IMG/VR virus record: IMGVR_UViG_3300032257_000051
Coordinates: 1-38,708 of that record
Reading direction: 5' to 3' (one strand)
DNA length: 38,708 bases
DNA from: an uncultured virus (IMG/VR IMGVR_UViG_3300032257_000051)
The notes under the pieces were generated by a model. That model saw nothing but the letters and a program-made list of their open reading frames with translations, was not told the origin of the DNA and did not search any database. The stretch's first letter is position 1. Each line of letters starts with the position of its first letter. Below are positions 33,451-38,708 of the stretch, one piece after another. The translations under genes were made by a program, and so were the position numbers.

Positions 33451-35874
33451 CTATGCCTCCAGAGCCATCAGGTCGTAGTTGACCATGTCGAAGCCGGACA
33501 TGCCACGGATGACATATCGCGGATCAATCTCATCGGACATCACGCCGACGTGTCGTGTTCCAGGATCCCAGATGTAGCCGAACTCATAAAGCCCGCCACC
33601 CAGGGACTGAGCGTTGGTCTTCAGTCGGCGATCAGAGAACGCTGCCAATGAGCCGATGCCGCTGGCCAGAGATCCCAGGCTTCCCAGCATCCCGCCAGTG
33701 CGGTCTTGCGACGGAGCGGTGGTGGTGGTTCCGAACATACCCTGCGGCACACCGGAGAGCGCACCGATCATCATCTGCAGGCCATCGATGTCGTGCTGGC
33801 GCTGGCGGTTGTAGTCGCCGTATGCGGTATCCATGCCACGCTGGCGGAGGCCGCGTTCCATCTCTCCGATCTGGAAGAGGCGGTCCACATCCTCGTTGTT
33901 CGAGCCTCGGCGCATGTTTGCCAGGCCGGCCATCTGGTCGCCAGCACGAGAGGCGTTCTGCCGGTTCATGTTCTCGGCACCCAGGAATGTTTCCATTCCG
34001 AAGCGGCGAGCCATGTTCATCGCGTCCTGGTTTCGTCCTGCAGCATCCTGGGAGAGCTGAGCGCGGAACTGGTTGTTCTGGTTCGATGCATCCGCCATGT
34101 GGCGACCTGAGCCGTCGCTCCGGCCTGCGTAATCCATCAACGATGCGTTGGTGGCCCCGGCGTTTTGCATGTTCACCTGCTGCCCGAGATTGGCACGCAG
34201 TCCCTGGGTCTGGTTCCAGGCGTCGGAGATCGAGCGGCTGGAAGCATCCCCACGCTGGGTGAAGTCCATCAGGGCAGCGTTGCGGGCAGCCGCGTTCCCC
34301 ATGCCGGCCTGCTGGTCGAAGCCAGCCTGCTGCATTGCGAACTGATTGCCCATCTCAGCGGCATACCTTGATGCGTCTGTCATCCGGTCGGCATTGCGCT
34401 CCGAAAGACCTTGAGACTGGTTGGCGTTGAACTGGGACATGCCGGCATTGCGCTCGGCATCCGTCTGACCAGCCTGGAGCGCGGTGTCGTATCCCTGCTG
34501 GCGCAGATTGGAGATCACGTCCCCGCGCATATCGTTAAAGTTTCGACCGATCTCGCCTTCCATGATGGCTGAGCGGGATCCACCAAAGGCCTCAGCCCCT
34601 GCAGCACGTCGTCGTGCCTGGGAGAGATCTCGCGTTTCCTGGCGGTCGATGTCGTCCATCGCCCGGTCGATCACGCGGGTCTGGTGTGGGTTGTCATAGT
34701 TGGCCATGAAGTCCGCGCCATTGCGAGCTCCGCCCTGGGCGAGAGATCCCATCGATGCAGCATAGTCTGCAGCACGACCGAGCTGGCCGCCCTGGATGTT
34801 TGCCACCTGGGCAGGACCGCCAGCGGCGTATCCGCGCATCATGTCGAACGCGCCCATCTGGGCATCTCGTGTCGGGGCCGGGCCTGCCGCCTGGTATCCA
34901 CGCGCCGCGCCAGGATCCGCAGATCCCATCATGGCCGCGCTGTACTCCCAGGGATTGCCTGGCGTTTGCGGTTGAGGCGTCTGACCACCGGGGCCGGGGT
35001 TCCACCCCTCGCCGCCGCGCTCATCAGGAATGCGAGGCTCTGGTGGCACAGTGCCGTAGCTGATACCGCCGCGCTCATCAGGAAGCGTCGCTCCGCCTGG
35101 CAGCACGGAAGGCACCTGGGTGAACTGACCGCCGCCACCCGTCACTGGGCCTGGACCCGCGCTCGTGATGCCGCTCAAACCGGGTGGCAGGTGTCCAGTT
35201 GTCGGTACCTCGTAGTCTACCGGGCCGTTGCCACCTGCTTTCATAAGACCGCCAGCGCCACCGCCAGCGAATGGATTGGGATCGCCTTCTTTCCAGCCTT
35301 CCGGCATGACTGCAGATCTACCGATTTCAGGGAAGCCGCCCGTTTGAGGCATTGGAGGCGGTGAGCCGCCACCCAGGGGAGCCGGCCCGCCATGCAACCC
35401 ATCGATGCCGGGCGGCAGGTGGCCATTGTTCTGACCAAAGGTTGGAGGTGGCCCGCCACCCGGAGCATCGAGGCCCTGCATGTACTGAGCACCAGCGGCA
35501 GCAGCCTGGGGCGCTTGACCACCTATCGGAGGTCCGCCTGGGAAACCTGCGCCCATGCCGCCAGCTAAAGGATCATGCTGTGGACTTTGCGTACCGGGAG
35601 GCCGGATTGCCTGGCCGCCCTGCTGCATATACTGAGCAGCCTGGTCGTATCCCTGGTTGGATTGACCGACCATGCCGCGCTGAAGATCAAACGAGTTCTG
35701 CTGATCCTGGGTCCAGTCGGCAATGCGAGGCCCGCCGTACATCTCGTAGGGTCGATTGGCCACCTGCCCAGCGCGGGCCACATTGCCCTGCTGCGCCTGT
35801 TGATACCAGGCCGGGACATCTACCGAAGTTGTTGTGGTGTCTGTACCACCGCCGCCAAAGCTCATTGCCGCCAC
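33451..35874 (-). CDS. Putative ejection protein with a C-terminal S74-type (intramolecular chaperone-like) domain
   Basis: GGGG.TTTT...P.W N-terminus, AFGGSR, Q/A/N-rich helices, a Gly-rich hydrophobic helix, then FSDRRLKTN..Y.F.Y....GVM..E......G...VNY. Confidence 0.75.
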   Translation of the reverse strand: MAAMSFGGGGTDTTTTSVDVPAWYQQAQQGNVARAGQVANRPYEMYGGPRIADWTQDQQNSFDLQRGMVGQSNQGYDQAAQYMQQGGQAIRPPGTQSPQHDPLAGGMGAGFPGGPPIGGQAPQAAAAGAQYMQGLDAPGGGPPPTFGQNNGHLPPGIDGLHGGPAPLGGGSPPPMPQTGGFPEIGRSAVMPEGWKEGDPNPFAGGGAGGLMKAGGNGPVDYEVPTTGHLPPGLSGITSAGPGPVTGGGGQFTQVPSVLPGGATLPDERGGISYGTVPPEPRIPDERGGEGWNPGPGGQTPQPQTPGNPWEYSAAMMGSADPGAARGYQAAGPAPTRDAQMGAFDMMRGYAAGGPAQVANIQGGQLGRAADYAASMGSLAQGGARNGADFMANYDNPHQTRVIDRAMDDIDRQETRDLSQARRRAAGAEAFGGSRSAIMEGEIGRNFNDMRGDVISNLRQQGYDTALQAGQTDAERNAGMSQFNANQSQGLSERNADRMTDASRYAAEMGNQFAMQQAGFDQQAGMGNAAARNAALMDFTQRGDASSRSISDAWNQTQGLRANLGQQVNMQNAGATNASLMDYAGRSDGSGRHMADASNQNNQFRAQLSQDAAGRNQDAMNMARRFGMETFLGAENMNRQNASRAGDQMAGLANMRRGSNNEDVDRLFQIGEMERGLRQRGMDTAYGDYNRQRQHDIDGLQMMIGALSGVPQGMFGTTTTAPSQDRTGGMLGSLGSLASGIGSLAAFSDRRLKTNAQSLGGGLYEFGYIWDPGTRHVGVMSDEIDPRYVIRGMSGFDMVNYDLMALEA

Positions 35875-36317
35875 TCCTCAAAAAGTTCGGTCTGGTCACT
35901 GGTGTAGAGCTGTTCTGCCACCATGTCTCGGACCTGTGTTGCCCAGTCAAATCCCCCGATGATCTCAGCCACCGCAACGGCGACCTGGTCGAGGCTCTCT
36001 CTCCAGACAAATGCATAGGACTGGCGGTGCTGATCCTTGGCTTCCCAGCGTGTCGCCTGCAACCAGTTAGCGGTTGCGGTCAAGATCACCTGTCGGAGCT
36101 CGACAGAATGAGCCAAGTAGAACGGGTTCGTGAAGATCTCCCCGAACATCACAGCCATCAATCTGGCCATGTCCCCAGGTTTGTCGTCCCCGTCTGCAAT
36201 ATCATCAGCGATTTGCGAGGCCTTGTATAGGCTCCCCAGGAAAGCTGCAGCATGCTGATCGCCCTGGGCGACCTGGAGAAGCAAGCGATCCTCTTTGATT
36301 TCGTCCAGTTCTGGCAT
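35862..36317 (-). CDS. Conserved helical phage protein with a DDxxD motif
   Basis: Start trimmed to ATG 36317 (TGATG overlap with the nozzle gene). ADDIADGD, NPFY, W..A..WE and IGGFDW motifs. Confidence 0.75.
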   Translation of the reverse strand: MPELDEIKEDRLLLQVAQGDQHAAAFLGSLYKASQIADDIADGDDKPGDMARLMAVMFGEIFTNPFYLAHSVELRQVILTATANWLQATRWEAKDQHRQSYAFVWRESLDQVAVAVAEIIGGFDWATQVRDMVAEQLYTSDQTELFEEWRQ

Positions 36318-37828
36318 CAGACCCTCGCCCCCTGTGGTACGATGTCGAAGCGCATGTCTCCCAAGCGCCAGAACTCCGGCGCTGAGGCCCCGGCAACCTT
36401 GAACCTGGCAAAGCGCCCAAACGCCTCGAACCAGACCCGCTCTGTCGCACTCGAAATCGAATAGGGACCGAACGTGCGCTCGGCTCCCCTGGCCGTCTCC
36501 CTGGTGAACACCGTCAGCTGCAGACCACCCGTCTGCCCCTGGACGTCCGGCATACACCCTCGGATGTAGACCATGTTCTCGCCGTCCTGGATATTGATCA
36601 GGCCGCTCTCGATTGATGCGCCCATCAGGCCGCCATTGTCAGACGCCCCGGTCTCGTGGAGATAGACATTGCCGCTGGCATCAGGAGCAATCGGGCTGGA
36701 GAAGACGGCGCTGTCAGTCCAGCAAGTCCGCTCCATCGTTCCCGAGGACCACACACCCTCAACCACATCGTAGATCACATAGCGCGAGATCTCGTTGCCG
36801 TCGCGCTCATCGGGGTAGAACCACCAGATCTCATTGAACTGATCGACCACCGCGCAGAAGCACTTCTCTTCCTGGCCTGGCGAAATGTTGGAGAAGATCT
36901 CCGTGTCCAGCTCGGAAGGGATCGGCTCAGGCGCGCCGCCCGCATACCGATAGAAACCATTGTGCCCCATCCAGTAGACAGCACCGCCGAGCTGGCCCAT
37001 CGCATTGGGCCCCAGGAGACCACAGTTGCGGCCAACCAGGGGGAAGCCCCAGATCAGATCGTCAAAGGTCTGGCGCATGGCAAAGAGGGATGTGTCTGTC
37101 CAGATCAAGTGTTCCTGGGTGCCGGCAATCCCGCCGACAATCCTGGATCCTTCCTGGAGTTCGAGCTCCCCGGCCTCTCCAGTCGAAACCGTCGTCCAGC
37201 CAGTGTTATCTTCCTGATCGCTCCAGCGGACCAGGCGAGGGTTAAAGGTGCCGGAAACCTCCTCAGTCGTGCCCAGGAGGACAACGAAGCGGGAAGGCGT
37301 CACAAACATGTCCTGGATGTCCGTAGGAGCTCCAGTGACAGCCGCAGCGACCACAGCGGTGTCGAGCGCCCACTCGAACAACCCCTGCCGCCTGGGTGCC
37401 GCCAGGAGGTTCTGCCCCCAGTTTGCCAGGGCCCAGATCATCGGAGATGAAGCAGTGCCGGATCCAGAGCCGTAGGTGCCACCGGAATAGGTACCAGTGC
37501 CAAAGCCGACACCAGCCAGGCCATCAACGTCTCCAGCGGTAAAGCCGGCGGAAGGTGTGATGTCGAAGATCTGCCCACCGACGACGACCTCCAGGGCGTC
37601 ATGCTCCCCGAAGGCAGCGCGATCAATCTGGCCGGCGCATGTCCAGGCACGAGCTGATCGAGCTACACCATTGAGGCTGCCGTTGACGAACGCCTCCCAG
37701 CCACCAATGGACTGAGCGCGACCATCCTCAAAGCGGACCTTGTCACCAGCAATCCAGCGGCCCTGGGAGGCCGCATAGGTGTTGTCCTGGACAATGCCAG
37801 GAGCCACAGAGAGTGTCGTCTCAGGCAT
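36317..37828 (-). CDS. Tail nozzle / DNA stabilisation protein (P22 gp10 / tail tubular B-like)
   Basis: 503 aa, beta-rich. W...DKVRF..G....IGGW, W...NWG..L.A, P.LVRWSDQE...W, FNEIWWFYP and WRLG..R.DI.P.G motifs. Confidence 0.82.
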   Translation of the reverse strand: MPETTLSVAPGIVQDNTYAASQGRWIAGDKVRFEDGRAQSIGGWEAFVNGSLNGVARSARAWTCAGQIDRAAFGEHDALEVVVGGQIFDITPSAGFTAGDVDGLAGVGFGTGTYSGGTYGSGSGTASSPMIWALANWGQNLLAAPRRQGLFEWALDTAVVAAAVTGAPTDIQDMFVTPSRFVVLLGTTEEVSGTFNPRLVRWSDQEDNTGWTTVSTGEAGELELQEGSRIVGGIAGTQEHLIWTDTSLFAMRQTFDDLIWGFPLVGRNCGLLGPNAMGQLGGAVYWMGHNGFYRYAGGAPEPIPSELDTEIFSNISPGQEEKCFCAVVDQFNEIWWFYPDERDGNEISRYVIYDVVEGVWSSGTMERTCWTDSAVFSSPIAPDASGNVYLHETGASDNGGLMGASIESGLINIQDGENMVYIRGCMPDVQGQTGGLQLTVFTRETARGAERTFGPYSISSATERVWFEAFGRFARFKVAGASAPEFWRLGDMRFDIVPQGARV

Positions 37829-37831
37829 GGC

Positions 37832-38161
37832 TTACTCCCAAGGAAGGCCGGTGCCGGCGTCTGCCGCGATCGCTGCCAGCTTGGTGTCGTGGCGAGCCAA
37901 GGCGTTTGCCTCTTGTTCGGCGGTAAACTCAACGGGGAGCCAGCCGAGGACCGTCTCTTCGGTCAGATCGGCATAGTCCGAGAAGTCATTCGGATCTGGG
38001 TCTTCCAGGGAGTGGGTGCCGATTGTCCGAATGGTCGGACCATCCTCGACGCCCTCATCCTTGGTGATGAAGGACCAGTGAATGACGGAGACCGCCTTCG
38101 GGCAGCCTTCCTTGTTGATGTAGTCGCAGCTTTCGACTTTCCAGTTGTGTTCTTTGGCCAT
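37832..38161 (-). CDS. Tail-fibre-associated protein (chaperone-like)
   Basis: V..IHW......G...L..PDP..F..YADLTEE.VLGW......GLPW pattern. AGGAG RBS. Follows the fibre gene. Confidence 0.78.
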   Translation of the reverse strand: MAKEHNWKVESCDYINKEGCPKAVSVIHWSFITKDEGVEDGPTIRTIGTHSLEDPDPNDFSDYADLTEETVLGWLPVEFTAEQEANALARHDTKLAAIAADAGTGLPWE

Positions 38162-38173
38162 GATGTTCTCCTT

Positions 38174-38708
38174 TTATGCGACGTTGATCACGCCGCTACT
38201 GTTCCAAAGATCGCCAGTCGCTAGGCCGCTCGCGGACGTTGGAAGATTTGCAATGTTCACGATTGTTGTATGGGTGGCGTCATATTTGACAGTCAGACCT
38301 GCGCTATTCCCTGCCATGATAGCCGTGTTGTGGTTTGAAAGAGCGCCCATGTAAACGCCAGCGCTGAACACTTGAAGCTCACCTTGAACGGTATTTGTAG
38401 TGTCCTCAATGCGGAAGGACGCGCCACCCGCGAAGTGCATTTCCAACCCAGCGCCGGTTGCGGTGGATATGCCAGTTGTGCCTATGCCGACATTGCCGGA
38501 GCTATCGATTGTCAGGGCGTCGGAGCCACCTGTGCGGATACGAACAGTCTGGGTGCCAGAATAGCCGCCAAGGTAAATGGTGGTTGCGGTGCTGTCGTTG
38601 TAGAGCGTTCCAGACTGATACAAAAGTGTCCGAGCGGTATGGCTTCCAGCGATTGCGGAAAGAGTAGCCGTTCCAGACGCGGTGCTATTGTAGGCGCTTA
38701 TAGACGTG
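38174..38708 (-). CDS. Tail fibre, C-terminal part (open to the right edge)
   Basis: The frame stays open from 38707 (TSISAYNSTASG...). Contains LTIDSSGNVGIGTT and ends NLPTSASGLATGDLWNSSGVINVA. Confidence 0.85.
   Translation of the reverse strand, partial: TSISAYNSTASGTATLSAIAGSHTARTLLYQSGTLYNDSTATTIYLGGYSGTQTVRIRTGGSDALTIDSSGNVGIGTTGISTATGAGLEMHFAGGASFRIEDTTNTVQGELQVFSAGVYMGALSNHNTAIMAGNSAGLTVKYDATHTTIVNIANLPTSASGLATGDLWNSSGVINVA

Larger units (their letters stand above)
1..38708. mobile_element. Near-complete tailed phage genome (podovirus-type, P22-like terminase, probable alphaproteobacterial host)
   Basis: Complete packaging, head, short-tail, ejection, lysis, recombination and replication modules. 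No host genes and no tape-measure or tail-tube genes. Gene order continues across the two window ends. Confidence 0.95.

Noticed and set aside
36318-36557. N-terminal extension of ORF 35862..36557 (similarly 11641..11766, 12194..12259 and 21292..21501)
   Set aside because: These extensions overlap upstream genes or the late leader. Internal ATGs with an RBS or stop-start coupling fit better.
1-38708. Exact circular closure of the window; tRNA, rRNA, integrase or DNA polymerase genes
   Set aside because: No terminal overlap is seen and direct joining breaks the fibre frame. No cloverleaf, recombinase or polymerase motifs were recognised by eye.

Overview
The window looks like a nearly complete (about 38.7 kb), circularly permuted genome of a short-tailed (podovirus-type) dsDNA phage. 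The host is probably an alphaproteobacterium, judged from the SSB, the DUF1376 initiator, the 3TM holin and the promoter style. Both ends lie inside one minus-strand tail-fibre gene, and joining them directly breaks the frame, so a piece is missing. The minus-strand late operon runs TerS, P22-like TerL, portal, a Gly/Pro-rich protein, scaffold, DUF5309/SU10-type capsid, adaptor, tail fibre, nozzle, ejection proteins, a 3168-aa polyvalent protein and the lysis genes. A divergent control region (17.49-17.56 kb) drives cro-rusA-HNH-initiator-loader leftward and YqaJ-ERF-SSB-DUF1367 rightward. A separate plus-strand cassette (12.3-14.6 kb) has its own duplicated promoter and a PAPS-reductase-family gene. 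I found no integrase, cI, DNA polymerase, tRNA, CRISPR array or reverse transcriptase. The most notable observations are a stand-alone PAS-domain gene inside the lysis cassette, a 15-bp operator palindrome (YGTACA-N3-TGTACR) in four early promoters, and the cassette-like effector domains of the giant protein. All family calls come from recognising motifs by eye; no database searches were run.
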